Assembly: GCA_002794035.1 (NCBI GenBank)
Contig: PCXQ01000005.1
Span: 16,909 to 80,908 of the forward strand
Direction of reading: 5' to 3'
Source: Candidatus Yanofskybacteria bacterium CG10_big_fil_rev_8_21_14_0_10_36_16
GTDB taxonomy: Bacteria > Patescibacteriota > Minisyncoccia > 2-02-FULL-40-12 > IGHO2-01-FULL-4-A
Length of the DNA stretch: 64,000 nt
Shown: one piece after another, positions 8,794 through 19,217 of the stretch
How the letters are laid out: each line of letters starts with the position of its first letter
Position numbering within the stretch: position 1 is the stretch's first letter
Translations under genes and position numbers: made by a program
The notes under the pieces: model-generated
The model's input: only the letters and a program-made list of their open reading frames with translations
The model's database searches: none
Told to the model about the DNA's origin: nothing

Positions 8794-9597
8794 TTAATAT
8801 TGTTTGTAATAAATCCTATCTGGAAGACGCAAATCTATATATTCCAACATTTCTTTTTCTTCCTCTGTTATTTTCTCATCCCATGCTATCAATAACGCCT
8901 CCACCTGCTTTTTTATATCTGTAAACAAGCTCATATAAATACTAAACCCCTCGGCTGCAATTAAATGAAATTCGTCATTGGAATTTTTAGGTATCTGAAT
9001 TTCTTTAATCAAAATTCCTTTTTCTTCAAATTCCTTTTTTGCAATAAGAGAATTTTCAACCCAAATACTTTCTATGTAGTCCCCCACCTTTAAATCATTG
9101 TCTCTATAATCTTTGATAACTGTTATTACAAATCCGCTTGAAGTTACGGTTTGAGCATAAACAACATATTCATTGTCAAAATAGAAACAATCGGGATCAG
9201 AACACCAGATACCCTCAGGCTCTCTTTTTGTTAAAAAAAGTTCAAGTACATAATTTTTATCTTTATTTATCTCGATTTCTTTTACCTCGGGGAATTTTTC
9301 AGCCAAAAACTTAGAAAGATCGTCAGACTTCAAAAATAAAATATTGTTTTTTCTTGCTATGCCAAATTTCCTATCCTGAAGCCATTCATCTGTAGCTGTC
9401 TTAATTACATCTCCCCTTAGAGGCTCTGGAACTGTTATATTAACGCCCTGCACCTCAAATTTTCCAGACAAGAATAAAAAGTAAAAAAAGCCACCCAAAG
9501 CAAAAATAATTGCAATCAAAATCAATAAGGCTCTTGTTCTGGCCCGCCTTCTCTTTTTCTCTCCATAATCATCTTTAAAACGTTTAACTTGTCTCAT
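8794..9597 (-). CDS. ftsQ: Cell division protein FtsQ/DivIB-like
   Basis: Basic N-terminus, single TM, POTRA-like region, C-terminal EYIDLRLPDRIYYK. Confidence 0.75.
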   Translation of the reverse strand: MRQVKRFKDDYGEKKRRRARTRALLILIAIIFALGGFFYFLFLSGKFEVQGVNITVPEPLRGDVIKTATDEWLQDRKFGIARKNNILFLKSDDLSKFLAEKFPEVKEIEINKDKNYVLELFLTKREPEGIWCSDPDCFYFDNEYVVYAQTVTSSGFVITVIKDYRDNDLKVGDYIESIWVENSLIAKKEFEEKGILIKEIQIPKNSNDEFHLIAAEGFSIYMSLFTDIKKQVEALLIAWDEKITEEEKEMLEYIDLRLPDRIYYKQY

Positions 9598-9606
9598 TAA
9601 TTTTAT

Positions 9607-10698
9607 CTAGGGTACATATACCCTCGGCAACAATGGGTTAATTCTAGAAACTATTTCATAGCTAATAGTTCCGACCTTCTCAGCAAGCTCCTCTGCTGTT
9701 ATATTTTCTTTACCCTGCCTACCTACCAAAACCACTTCGTCATCAATATTTACATTGCCTGCACTAGATATATCAACCACTGTTAAATTCATTGATACCC
9801 TACCCAAAACCCTGCAACGTTTGCCACCTATCAAAACCTCGCCAAGGGACGACAATGCCCTACTGTAACCATCATAATAACCGATTGGAAGCACGGCAAT
9901 GGTTGTATTTTTTCTAACCTTTTCTGTAATACCATATCCAACACAAGAATCTTTCTTAATGTCTTTTACCTGAATTATCTTAGTTTTCCAGCTTAACGCA
10001 GGGCAAATATTCATTTTTTTGTATTTTTCAAAAAACTCAATTGTCGGCCAAAGGCCGTAAAGAGCAATCCCCACTCTAACCATATCGAAATTAGCCTCGG
10101 GCATCGTTAGTAAGCCAGTTGTGGCAGATATGTGCTTTATCTTTGTATTAATATTGTTTTTATTTAAAACAGTTAATGCCTTTTTAAATTCATCTAATTG
10201 CTTATTGGGGAATCGCCTGTCTTTTTCATCTGCATTGGCAAAATGACTTAAAATACCTTCAAAATTAATATTTAAGGGAAGTTTTTTTATAAAAGAAGGC
10301 AAATTATTAACAAGAACTCCCTGACGAGACATGCCCGTATCTATTTTTAAATGTAATTTCGGTATATTGCTTTTTATTTTTTTAAAGACACCAGAATCAT
10401 AAACAACAAGATCTATATTATTAGAAAAAGCATCTTTAAATCTTTTGCTATCAGTATAACCTAAAACAAGAATGGGTTTTTTAATTCCCTTTTTACGAAG
10501 ATCTAATGCCTCATCTATATTATCAACCCCTAACCAATCAATGCCGTATTTTGAAAACAGCCCCGCTGTTGCGGGACCATGTCCATATGCATTTGATTTA
10601 ACTACCGCCATTAACCTTGTTCCTCTATCAAGAAGTTTTTTTACTGCCTTAACATTATTTTCAAGCGCTGATTTTGATATTTCAACCCAAGTTTTCAT
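9607..10698 (-). CDS. alr: Alanine racemase
   Basis: AVVKSNAYGHG PLP-lysine motif, KIDTGMSRQG, GYYDG, GRVSMN. Confidence 0.95.
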   Translation of the reverse strand: MKTWVEISKSALENNVKAVKKLLDRGTRLMAVVKSNAYGHGPATAGLFSKYGIDWLGVDNIDEALDLRKKGIKKPILVLGYTDSKRFKDAFSNNIDLVVYDSGVFKKIKSNIPKLHLKIDTGMSRQGVLVNNLPSFIKKLPLNINFEGILSHFANADEKDRRFPNKQLDEFKKALTVLNKNNINTKIKHISATTGLLTMPEANFDMVRVGIALYGLWPTIEFFEKYKKMNICPALSWKTKIIQVKDIKKDSCVGYGITEKVRKNTTIAVLPIGYYDGYSRALSSLGEVLIGGKRCRVLGRVSMNLTVVDISSAGNVNIDDEVVLVGRQGKENITAEELAEKVGTISYEIVSRINPLLPRVYVP

Positions 10699-10742
10699 TA
10701 TAATTATTAATCATTAAAATCAAAGTTATTTTTTAAACTTAT

Positions 10743-11048
10743 TTACTTTGCCCAACCGCATCTAGCAAGCGTCTGTAAGCATTCGCATTGATAGCCTTTG
10801 TTTGATGGGAAATCCGGAACAATTTCACAAACACCAGCACTCAAATTTTCATATTTTTCAAGATTATTTGTACAAACGCTATATTCACCTATACAGCTTG
10901 AGTTTGCGAACGAGCAGTCTCTATCAAAAACACAAAACCCCTCCGAGTGACTTAAGTCAAAATTTCTAACATTTAAAACCAAGGATACAGAAAAAACAAC
11001 AACGACAGATATCATTATCATTGTTTTTTTAAATGGATCTAATTTCAT
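10743..11048 (-). CDS. Small exported protein with an eight-cysteine cluster
   Basis: N-terminal TM, then C-x2-D-x-DC...C...C...C...CxC...C-x-W (8 Cys). Confidence 0.7.
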   Translation of the reverse strand: MKLDPFKKTMIMISVVVVFSVSLVLNVRNFDLSHSEGFCVFDRDCSFANSSCIGEYSVCTNNLEKYENLSAGVCEIVPDFPSNKGYQCECLQTLARCGWAK

Positions 11049-11063
11049 AAAATGGATCTAATC

Positions 11064-12311
11064 TTATTTTTTGCCTATTTGTTTTACACCTACAAATTTC
11101 TGAAGTACCTTGGGCACCTTAACAGTCCCTTCTTTTGTTTGATAATTTTCAACAATCATTGCAAGAATACGAGGTGTAGCAATTGCTGTATTGTTTAATG
11201 AGTGTGCAAATTGCATTTTGTTCTCTTCGTCGCGATAACGAATGTTCAATCTCCTAGTTTGGAAATCATGAAAATACGAGGATGAGTGTGTTTCTCTATA
11301 CTTCTGTTGGCTTGGCATCCAACCTTCAATATCATATTTTTTAACCTGACCTAATCCCAAATCTCCTGATGAATTAACGACAACATGATAGGGGATTTCT
11401 AAATCCTGCATTATCTCTTCAGAATTTTGAGTAATTTCTTCATGCCATTTTACAGATTCCTCATGGTCAGCACGACATAAAATCACCTGCTCCATTTTAT
11501 AAAATTCATGCACCCTTATAAGTCCCTTAGTGTCTTTACCATGGCTCCCCGCCTCAGAACGAAAGCAAGGCGAAAAAGCTATAAATTTTTTAGGCAAATC
11601 TTTTTTTTGCAAAACCTCATCAGAATAATAAGCCATAGTAGAAACCTCTGATGTACCTACTAAATACTCATCTTCCCCAACCTTGTAAACCTCGTCCTTT
11701 CCTTGCGGAAGCCACCCCGTGCCATTGAATGCGCTTTCACGAGCAATGGCCGGAGCAAAAATTGGCGTAAATCCTTTTTTTATTAATTTATCAAGCACTA
11801 AAGCCCAAAGAGCATGTGAAAGCAAAACGGCTTCATTTTTCAAAAAATATCCTCTAAAACCTGAGACCTTAACTCCCCTATCAAAATCAACCAAATCTAA
11901 TGACTCCATAAGCTCTATATGGTCTTTAACCTTAAAGTCAAAAGCCGGGATTTCGCCCCATTTTATTACTTCAACATTGTCTTCATCATCTTTGCCTTCC
12001 GGCACAGACGGATCCGGAACTTGGGGCACTAAAAGCATAAGACGATTAAACTCTTCTTGCGTGTTTCTGTTTTCTTCCTCAAGTAATTTTATTTCTTCTT
12101 TTAATTTTTTTAAAATTTCTATTTCTTCAGGAGTTGGTTTAGAATCAGATTTTTTATTTTGACTAGCTCTTTTGTTTTCAAGCTCCATCAAAACATGCCT
12201 CCTTCTCTCATCAACAGCAATCAATTCATCTAAATTAAACTCAATCCTTTTCTTGCGGATAGCATCTTTTACCAAGTCTTGATTTTCCCTTATAAATTTA
12301 ATATCTAACAT
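11064..12311 (-). CDS. serS: Serine--tRNA ligase
   Basis: MLDIKFIREN start, GTSEV, CFRSEAGS, GLIRVHEF, LNNTAIA. Confidence 0.97.
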   Translation of the reverse strand: MLDIKFIRENQDLVKDAIRKKRIEFNLDELIAVDERRRHVLMELENKRASQNKKSDSKPTPEEIEILKKLKEEIKLLEEENRNTQEEFNRLMLLVPQVPDPSVPEGKDDEDNVEVIKWGEIPAFDFKVKDHIELMESLDLVDFDRGVKVSGFRGYFLKNEAVLLSHALWALVLDKLIKKGFTPIFAPAIARESAFNGTGWLPQGKDEVYKVGEDEYLVGTSEVSTMAYYSDEVLQKKDLPKKFIAFSPCFRSEAGSHGKDTKGLIRVHEFYKMEQVILCRADHEESVKWHEEITQNSEEIMQDLEIPYHVVVNSSGDLGLGQVKKYDIEGWMPSQQKYRETHSSSYFHDFQTRRLNIRYRDEENKMQFAHSLNNTAIATPRILAMIVENYQTKEGTVKVPKVLQKFVGVKQIGKK

Positions 12312-12320
12312 ATGTTTTTA

Positions 12321-12348
12321 TACTTAATACTTAACACTTAATACATAA
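12321..12348. repeat. Degenerate 7-bp tandem repeat (TACTTAA x4)
   Basis: TACTTAA TACTTAA CACTTAA TACATAA just upstream of the serS start. Confidence 0.7.
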
Positions 12349-12373
12349 CTCTTGGATCTAATTCTTGAGCTTC

Positions 12374-12447
12374 ACCCCGCCCTTGAAAAATAATCATTAT
12401 TTCTCAAAATTAACCTCTTAAAACAACGGATTAGGTAAGGGGCAGGA
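12374..12447. repeat. ACCCCGCCCTTGAAA inverted-repeat element, right arm degenerate
   Basis: The left arm is identical over 15 nt to the reverse complement of the right arm at 36469-36484. Confidence 0.55.
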
Positions 12448-12479
12448 AAGTAAACTTATATCTGTATGTTTACAGCTTT

Positions 12480-13943
12480 TCAAGAGCGAGGTTTCATTAA
12501 AGGAAATGCGATAACCTCTCGAATTGAATGGGAATCGGTCAAAAGGGCTGACAAACGATCAATGCCTATGCCTATACCTGCAGCAGGAGGCATTCCGTAT
12601 TCCATGGCTTCAATATAATCCTCGTCTATTCTGTGGGCCTCCTCGTTGCCCTCTTTAGCATTTTTCTCTTGTGCCTCAAAGCGCTCTCTTTGATCTTGGG
12701 GATCATTTAGTTCTGAAAACCCGTTGGTCACCTCCATGCCTCCAACAACCAGCTGGAATCTGGCCACATGCTTGGGATCATCTGGAATTTTTTTAGAAAG
12801 AGGTGATATTTCCAATGGATGATCAATAATATAAGTAGGATTTAAAATATTGGGTCTAGCAACTTTTTTGTAAATTTCATCGGCAATATTTCCCTTTGTC
12901 ATAGCTTTGTTTATTTCAATGCCGAGTTCTTTAGCTTTTTCGGCTAATTCTTCTTGTGTAGAACTATCGTAATCAAGATTTGCATATTCATTAAACAAAT
13001 CATTAAATGTTACCCTCTTAAATGGTGTTTTAAACTCTATTTCTTTTTCTTGATATTGGACTCTGTCTTTACCAAACATTTCCTTAACGATATGAACAAG
13101 CATCCCCTCGGTAAATTCCATCATCTTCTCATAATCCCAATATGCGGCATAAAACTCCAGCATGGTAAATTCCGGATTGTGTTCACGATCAAAACCTTCG
13201 TTCCGAAAAACCCTGCCGATTTCAAACACCCTTTCAAAACCACCAACCAACATTCTTTTTAAAAAAAGCTCCGGAGCAATTCTCAGATATAAGTCCAGAT
13301 CAAGTATCGCCAACTTTGTTTTAAATGGTTTGGCATTTGCACCGCCATAAAGAGTCTGCAACACAGGAGTATCTACTTCTAAAAATTTATTAGCAATAAG
13401 ATATTGTCTAATATGCTGTGTAACCATTGAACGGCCGATAATTTTATCCTTGGCGTCTTTATTAAAAACAAAATCTAAATATCGCTTTCTATAACGTTCC
13501 TCAATATCCTGAAGCCCGTGCCATTTTTCAGGTAAGGGCAATAAAGATTTTGCCAACAAACGATATTTTGAAACCTCTAGAGTCTCTTCTCCCTTTTTTG
13601 TTCTGAAGACAACTCCTTCGGACTCAATAAAGTCACCCACATCGACTGTATTCACAAAAAATGTGAAATCCTCCTCACCGAGATTATCTTTCTTGATATA
13701 AGCCTGCAATTTGCCAGAATTGTCTACAACATCTAAAAACACGGAACCGCCATGTTCTCTTTTGGTCATCACTCTGCCGGCAATTATTATTTTTTCTCCA
13801 CTTTTTTCAAGTTCAGTAAAACCCTCTAGCGCTTCAGCTGCCATGTGGGTGCGCAATGAAGAAGAGGGATAAGGATCTATGCCGTTATCCCTTACTTTAT
13901 TCAATTTATCCAATTTTACCTGCCTTAATTCATCAAGTGCCAC
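12480..13943 (-). CDS. lysS: Lysine--tRNA ligase (class II)
   Basis: YRKRYLD, LYLRIAPELFLKR, FRNEG..HNPEFTMLEFY, YGMPPAAGIGIGIDRL; GTG start. Confidence 0.97.
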   Translation of the reverse strand: MALDELRQVKLDKLNKVRDNGIDPYPSSSLRTHMAAEALEGFTELEKSGEKIIIAGRVMTKREHGGSVFLDVVDNSGKLQAYIKKDNLGEEDFTFFVNTVDVGDFIESEGVVFRTKKGEETLEVSKYRLLAKSLLPLPEKWHGLQDIEERYRKRYLDFVFNKDAKDKIIGRSMVTQHIRQYLIANKFLEVDTPVLQTLYGGANAKPFKTKLAILDLDLYLRIAPELFLKRMLVGGFERVFEIGRVFRNEGFDREHNPEFTMLEFYAAYWDYEKMMEFTEGMLVHIVKEMFGKDRVQYQEKEIEFKTPFKRVTFNDLFNEYANLDYDSSTQEELAEKAKELGIEINKAMTKGNIADEIYKKVARPNILNPTYIIDHPLEISPLSKKIPDDPKHVARFQLVVGGMEVTNGFSELNDPQDQRERFEAQEKNAKEGNEEAHRIDEDYIEAMEYGMPPAAGIGIGIDRLSALLTDSHSIREVIAFPLMKPRS

Positions 13944-13950
13944 AATAATA

Positions 13951-13978
13951 AACGCAAAACGTGAAACGTTAAGCGCAA
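13951..13978. repeat. Degenerate 7-bp tandem repeat (AACGYAA-like x4)
   Basis: AACGCAA AACGTGA AACGTTA AGCGCAA just upstream of the lysS start. Confidence 0.55.
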
Positions 13979-14044
13979 GCTAAAAATTAAAACTTTATAA
14001 TACAATATTAGCAAATATTAGCCAAAATTGAAATAAACGGACAG

Positions 14045-14068
14045 AAAGCCCCGCTTCAGCGGGGCTTT
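14045..14068. terminator. AAAGCCCCGC-TTCA-GCGGGGCTTT hairpin downstream of greA
   Basis: Perfect 10-bp stem. Confidence 0.8.
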
Positions 14069-14094
14069 GAATCGTATAAATAAGTTATCAATTT

Positions 14095-14553
14095 TTAACT
14101 TATCTTTTTTATCTTATATTTCATTAATCCCACCGGAGTGCTAACCTCAACCTCCTCACCTTTTTTATGGCCTAAAAATGCGCGTCCCAATGGCGATTCA
14201 TTTGATATAAAACCCTTAGTCGGATCAGCTTCTGCAGTACCAACTATGGTAAACTCCTTCTCTCCGTAACTTGATGAAGCCAGTACTGTAGCACCAACTC
14301 CTATTTCTGCACTCTTATTTTTGCCGTTTTGAATAATTTCAAAATCTTTTAACATGGCTTCAATCTCTTCGATTCTACCTTCATTAAAACTCTGATTTTC
14401 CTTTGCTTCAGTATATTCTGAATTTTCAGACAAATCACCAAGCTCTTTAGCAGCTCTTATTTTCTCGTTAATCTCATCTCTTACTGTAGTTTTTCTCTCT
14501 TCTAACTCTTTATTAATTTTCTCCAGCCCTTCAGGGCTTAAATATGTGGTCAT
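14095..14553 (-). CDS. greA: Transcription elongation factor GreA
   Basis: GDLSENSEY and ISNESPLGRAFLG motifs; ATG 14553. Confidence 0.95.
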   Translation of the reverse strand: MTTYLSPEGLEKINKELEERKTTVRDEINEKIRAAKELGDLSENSEYTEAKENQSFNEGRIEEIEAMLKDFEIIQNGKNKSAEIGVGATVLASSSYGEKEFTIVGTAEADPTKGFISNESPLGRAFLGHKKGEEVEVSTPVGLMKYKIKKIS

Positions 14554-14759
14554 ATACAACGCTTATGTAAATCCAATTTTATATAATTAATGACTTGGAT
14601 ATACAAAATTTTATTAATTTATTTAACACATCTTTAGTACCAAAACATAAATTATACTATAAAAATAAAAAACAGTTATAAAAACTGTGGACAATAATAT
14701 CTCAAGACAAAAAACAAAATCTAAAAAATGCTTGCTACTGAAACCAAAAATTAAATAAC

Positions 14760-16646
14760 TTAGATCTTTAAACCTTTGTATTCCGTAAAATACCAGTTTA
14801 AAAACTCCCTGGCCATTCTTAGAGCCAACCCCTGCTCATCGCCAATATTTTCAACAATAATAGTAATAATTATCTCAGGGTCTTCATATGGTCCAAATAC
14901 AGTCAGAAGTGAATTTAAATTGTTTCCAGACACCTGTGCAGTTCCTGTTTTAGCAGCAAGTTCTACTGGGACAACGTCTAGTATCCTAGCAGTGCCTGAT
15001 TCCACTGCCCGTCTCATACCAATTTTTACTATATTTAGGGTATCTTTGTCAAATTTTAATCGGCCTATTACTTCTGGATTATTAATTATTTCAGAACCAT
15101 GATTTTCTACAATCTTATCAACAACCAACGGCTTCATTATGTCTCCCCCATTTGCTATAGCTCCTATATATGAATTTATCCAGAGAGGAGTAACAAAAAG
15201 ATCACCCTGTCCTATAGAAACATTGTAAGAATCTCCCCTGTACCAATCTTCTCCTTTTGTTTTCTTTTTCCAATCTCGTGATGGAACAAGCCCATTCGCT
15301 TCACCCACCAAATCAATGCCCAATTTTTTATCTGCCATAGCTCCTGAGATATATGAATGCATTTTATCAATCCCGAGTCCAACAATATCTTGATACCCAC
15401 CACCAAGAGCATAAAAGTAAACATCAACTGAATCGGCAATTGCCTTATAAATATCTGTCCAGCCATGAACTTTCCAGTCGCCAAAAGTATAAACAACACT
15501 AGGATCAATTTCACTAGAAATTTGTATTGACCCGCCAGAATATATGATTGTTGAAGGAGTTACAACGCCTTCCTTAAGAGCCGCAAGAGCAAGAAGGGGT
15601 TTTATTGTAGAACCGGGGCTGTACCTACCCCCAATAGCACGATTAAATAATGGCTGCTTACTGTCACTCAGTATCTTTTTTACATCATCTCTAAAATCTT
15701 CTTCATAAATATTACTAAAAACATTATTGTCATAAGCAGGAAAACTTGAAAGAGCAATAACCTCACCCGTTTTTGGATTCTGAACAACTGCCGAACCAAC
15801 TCTCAAGCCCTGTGATCGCAATACACCCTCAAGAGACTCATGGAGCTTTTCTTGAACATCTGAATTAATGTTTAAATAAACCTCACCTCCTTTGCCTGGC
15901 TCACTTAAAACAACATCTTTGTTGCTGTTCTTAAAATAAACAGCGCCAGATACTCCCCTTAAATATCTTTCATATTCTTCCTCTACACCAAGCGTGCCTA
16001 TTTTGTCTCCAGGTAAATAAAAATTATCACGCGATATATTGTCTTCACTTACGCCTGAAACATATCCTAGTACTTGAGAAAATAATTCACCTTTAGGATA
16101 ACTTCTTTTTGAATTGGCAATCACATATACACCTTCCATGCCTGCTTCTTCTACAGCCAAAGCTTCATCTTTTGACAGCCCTCCTTTTAAAACAAAGACT
16201 GCTTTATTTTTGTTCTTATCAATCTTTTCCCTTATCTCCTCCTCTGTCATATCAATAATTTCTGCCAACAAACTAATGTTTTTATTTAAAACCTCCTCTT
16301 TTGGTATTTGTGAAACAAGAGAGACAACTTCAAAAACAGGTTTATTTCCTGCTAATAACTCCCCGTCAGAACTATAAATTGCCCCTCTTAACCCCATTAA
16401 GGGGTATTTTACAAAAGAATTAAGTTCTGCAAGGGAAGCATAACTTTCTCCTTGCATTATCTGAAGATTGAAAGCACTCAATATAAAAATTATGGAAATA
16501 ACAAATATGGAAACATAAAACATACCCCAAATTGACCGCCCTACAGGAAATTCCATTTTGGGATACAAACTGCCAGAATCCAAAAGTGTTTCTTCGGGCA
16601 TTAATTCATCCCTATCCGATGTGTTAATAAAATATTTTTTCTTCAT
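14760..16646 (-). CDS. mrdA: Penicillin-binding protein 2
   Basis: N-terminal TM, PBP dimerisation domain, SxxK (PGSTIKP), SVDVYFY, KTGTAQ; follows mreBCD. Confidence 0.9.
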   Translation of the reverse strand: MKKKYFINTSDRDELMPEETLLDSGSLYPKMEFPVGRSIWGMFYVSIFVISIIFILSAFNLQIMQGESYASLAELNSFVKYPLMGLRGAIYSSDGELLAGNKPVFEVVSLVSQIPKEEVLNKNISLLAEIIDMTEEEIREKIDKNKNKAVFVLKGGLSKDEALAVEEAGMEGVYVIANSKRSYPKGELFSQVLGYVSGVSEDNISRDNFYLPGDKIGTLGVEEEYERYLRGVSGAVYFKNSNKDVVLSEPGKGGEVYLNINSDVQEKLHESLEGVLRSQGLRVGSAVVQNPKTGEVIALSSFPAYDNNVFSNIYEEDFRDDVKKILSDSKQPLFNRAIGGRYSPGSTIKPLLALAALKEGVVTPSTIIYSGGSIQISSEIDPSVVYTFGDWKVHGWTDIYKAIADSVDVYFYALGGGYQDIVGLGIDKMHSYISGAMADKKLGIDLVGEANGLVPSRDWKKKTKGEDWYRGDSYNVSIGQGDLFVTPLWINSYIGAIANGGDIMKPLVVDKIVENHGSEIINNPEVIGRLKFDKDTLNIVKIGMRRAVESGTARILDVVPVELAAKTGTAQVSGNNLNSLLTVFGPYEDPEIIITIIVENIGDEQGLALRMAREFLNWYFTEYKGLKI

Positions 16647-16674
16647 CCAATAATAAAAATTTTGTTGTTATTTT

Positions 16675-17163
16675 TTATAAAATAAAATCCTTGTTTTTTA
16701 AACTGAACAAAAAAGACAGCAAAAATATAAACCCGAATTCAAGAATCAAGACCACGGCCATTTTGTAATAATAAACTAATTTTAAACTACTGAATTCAAA
16801 AATGCGTCCGGGACCAATTATTATTACAAAAAATACCAGCAGTACTAAATACACCACAAAAATAATCCCGGATTTTAAAAACATAGTCACAAAATTGTTA
16901 TATTCAAAATTAAACCTGTCAGAAATTAACTGAACCAATATGTATAATACCAAAAATGAAATAGCAAATACGCCGTAATCAAAAACTGATATAAAATCTG
17001 CTATTAAAGACAAGGACAAACCGGCATAAAACTTACTAGAAACAAATGGGGGCAAAACCAACAAAGAAGTAAAAGCACAAAACAAAGCCCATGGAATATC
17101 TGCAAAAAAGGGCATAATTTCCTGAAATATAAGAAACACCAGTCCTAAAGCAAAAAATTTCAT
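16675..17163 (-). CDS. mreD: Rod shape-determining protein MreD-like
   Basis: Fully hydrophobic 162-aa protein between mreC and mrdA. Confidence 0.65.
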   Translation of the reverse strand: MKFFALGLVFLIFQEIMPFFADIPWALFCAFTSLLVLPPFVSSKFYAGLSLSLIADFISVFDYGVFAISFLVLYILVQLISDRFNFEYNNFVTMFLKSGIIFVVYLVLLVFFVIIIGPGRIFEFSSLKLVYYYKMAVVLILEFGFIFLLSFLFSLKNKDFIL

Positions 17164-17164
17164 A

Positions 17165-17971
17165 CTATTTTTTTATTATAAAAAGATTTGGTCCTGATGA
17201 TGGATTAAAAAATGATTCTACCTTTACTGTCTGGAAGGCATCACCCGATTTTTTATCAGTTGAAAGCACTTTTCCAACAGGAAGTCCTTCAGGTAAACTA
17301 TCCATGCCACTTGTGACAACAATCTCATCGCTGGATATTTCCTCGTCTGCAGCTACCAGATCAAGAATAAATTCTCCCCCGGAAATTCCTTTTGTCGATG
17401 ACAAAATATCTGTATTTTCTTGTCTAACACTTATGGATAATCTTGAATCATCCAACAAAAGTGCTACTGAATAATTTTCGTAGACTTCATCTATCACACC
17501 CGCCAAAATAGACGATGAAGAAATCACAGCCATTTTCCTCTCTATTCCGTCTTTTTGTCCCTTGTTGATGATAATAGCTGAATAAGGAGGCGTCTTATCA
17601 ACAGAAATCATATTGGCTGAAATTAATTCTCCCCTCTCTCTCAAATTAAGACCCAACTGACTTCTAAAAAATTCATTTTCTCTTTCAAGAGATTTAAGTT
17701 CGCTTACCTCAGCTATTAGATTTAAATTTTCTTCTTTTAATTTTTTATTTTCTTCGGCTAGAAATTTAAAGTCCAATAATGCTTTAAATGTGGCAGACCT
17801 ATCTGTTATTTTTTGACTCAAACCTTCAAGCGGACCCCCAAATAAATCCAGCCCAGTCTTTTTTATAAAACTGCCAAACAAAAATTTGTCAGCAATAAAC
17901 AAAAATAAAACTACGACCAATATTAAAATGGGTTTTTTTAATGATTTTTTTTCTGTTCTTAGAGAATACAT
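17165..17971 (-). CDS. mreC: Rod shape-determining protein MreC
   Basis: TM, coiled coil, IIINKGQKDGI, VVTSG...PEGLPVGKV. Confidence 0.9.
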   Translation of the reverse strand: MYSLRTEKKSLKKPILILVVVLFLFIADKFLFGSFIKKTGLDLFGGPLEGLSQKITDRSATFKALLDFKFLAEENKKLKEENLNLIAEVSELKSLERENEFFRSQLGLNLRERGELISANMISVDKTPPYSAIIINKGQKDGIERKMAVISSSSILAGVIDEVYENYSVALLLDDSRLSISVRQENTDILSSTKGISGGEFILDLVAADEEISSDEIVVTSGMDSLPEGLPVGKVLSTDKKSGDAFQTVKVESFFNPSSGPNLFIIKK

Positions 17972-18032
17972 CTTTTAATTTAAAAAGCTCATGACACACC
18001 AAGTCATTGAGGGCTAAGGACTAAATGAATTT

Positions 18033-19088
18033 CTATAGGTAAGCTTCCTTGGTATTCCACACCAATATTGGCCTTAAAGCATCAAGATCTTGGAGTACTA
18101 AACCGCATCCACGAACCACAGCAGTTAAAGGATCATTAACTATTTTTGCCGGCAGTTTAGTTTCGTGGGCAACAAGCTCATCAAGGCCTCTTAATAGACT
18201 ACCGCCTCCAACAAGAGCTATGCCTCTACTTAAAAGATCTGCGATAAGTTCGGGAGGTGTTTCCTCAAGAGTATTCTTAATTGCTGAAACAATATTTCTT
18301 ATTGATTTACCCATTGCTTTTCTAGCCTCCTCGGAGGTTACTGTTAACTCCTTTGGAAGTCCAGTTAAAATATCTCTTCCTTTCACTTGAATACTCAGCT
18401 CTTCCTTAAGAGGATATGCTGAACCAACTTGAATTTTAATATTTTCTGCAGTTGCCTCGCCTATGAGCATGTTATGTCCCTCTCTCATAAATCTAATTAT
18501 ATCTTCGTTCATTTTATCACCGGCAATTCTCAATGACCTCGAAGCAACAATGCCCCCCATGGAGATAACAACAATATCTGATGTCCCGCCGCCTATATCC
18601 ACTACAACATTTGCAACAGCATCTTGAATCGGCAACCGCGAACCTATAGCTGCTGCCATCGGTTCTTCAATAAGATAAACCTCTCTTGCTCCAGCGCTTC
18701 TGGTGGCATCCTCTACTGCTCTTTTTTCAACCTCTGTAATATTAGAAGGAATACCTACAACCACCCTGGGTCTTGAAAAAAGTGAAAATGTTCCTTCTTG
18801 AGCTTTGTCTATAAAGTATTTTAGCATCTGCTCTGTAACCTCATAATCGGAAACAACTCCTGCAACAAGAGGTTTTGAAACAGAAATAAACCCAGGTGTT
18901 TTACCTACCATTTTCCGTGCCTCCTGCCCTATCGCCAATATCTGCCCAGTTTTCTGGTTAATAGCTACGATGGAAGGCTCATCGATTATTATGCCCTTAC
19001 CCTGAACATAAACAAGGGTATTTGCCGTACCTAAATCAATACCTATATCTTTTGCCCAAAAATTGTGTTTAAAAATATTTTTTACCAT
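18033..19088 (-). CDS. mreB: Rod shape-determining protein MreB
   Basis: IGIDLGTANT, IEEPMAAAIG, VDIGGGTSD, GGGSLL. Confidence 0.97.
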   Translation of the reverse strand: MVKNIFKHNFWAKDIGIDLGTANTLVYVQGKGIIIDEPSIVAINQKTGQILAIGQEARKMVGKTPGFISVSKPLVAGVVSDYEVTEQMLKYFIDKAQEGTFSLFSRPRVVVGIPSNITEVEKRAVEDATRSAGAREVYLIEEPMAAAIGSRLPIQDAVANVVVDIGGGTSDIVVISMGGIVASRSLRIAGDKMNEDIIRFMREGHNMLIGEATAENIKIQVGSAYPLKEELSIQVKGRDILTGLPKELTVTSEEARKAMGKSIRNIVSAIKNTLEETPPELIADLLSRGIALVGGGSLLRGLDELVAHETKLPAKIVNDPLTAVVRGCGLVLQDLDALRPILVWNTKEAYL

Positions 19089-19183
19089 TAATGAATTATA
19101 TGAGCTTCAACTTGTTTTTGTGTATTGAAAAATTAGCAAAATAAAGGGCTTCGCGCACGTTGACAAAACACCCACATTTTGGC

Positions 19184-19211
19184 TTGACAAATTATGTCAG
19201 TTTGTTATAAT
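19184..19211 (+). promoter_or_regulatory. Consensus sigma70 promoter TTGACA-16-TATAAT with extended -10
   Basis: Exact hexamers at 19184-19189 and 19206-19211, TG at 19203-19204; no long ORF downstream. Confidence 0.7.
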
Positions 19212-19217
19212 TATATT

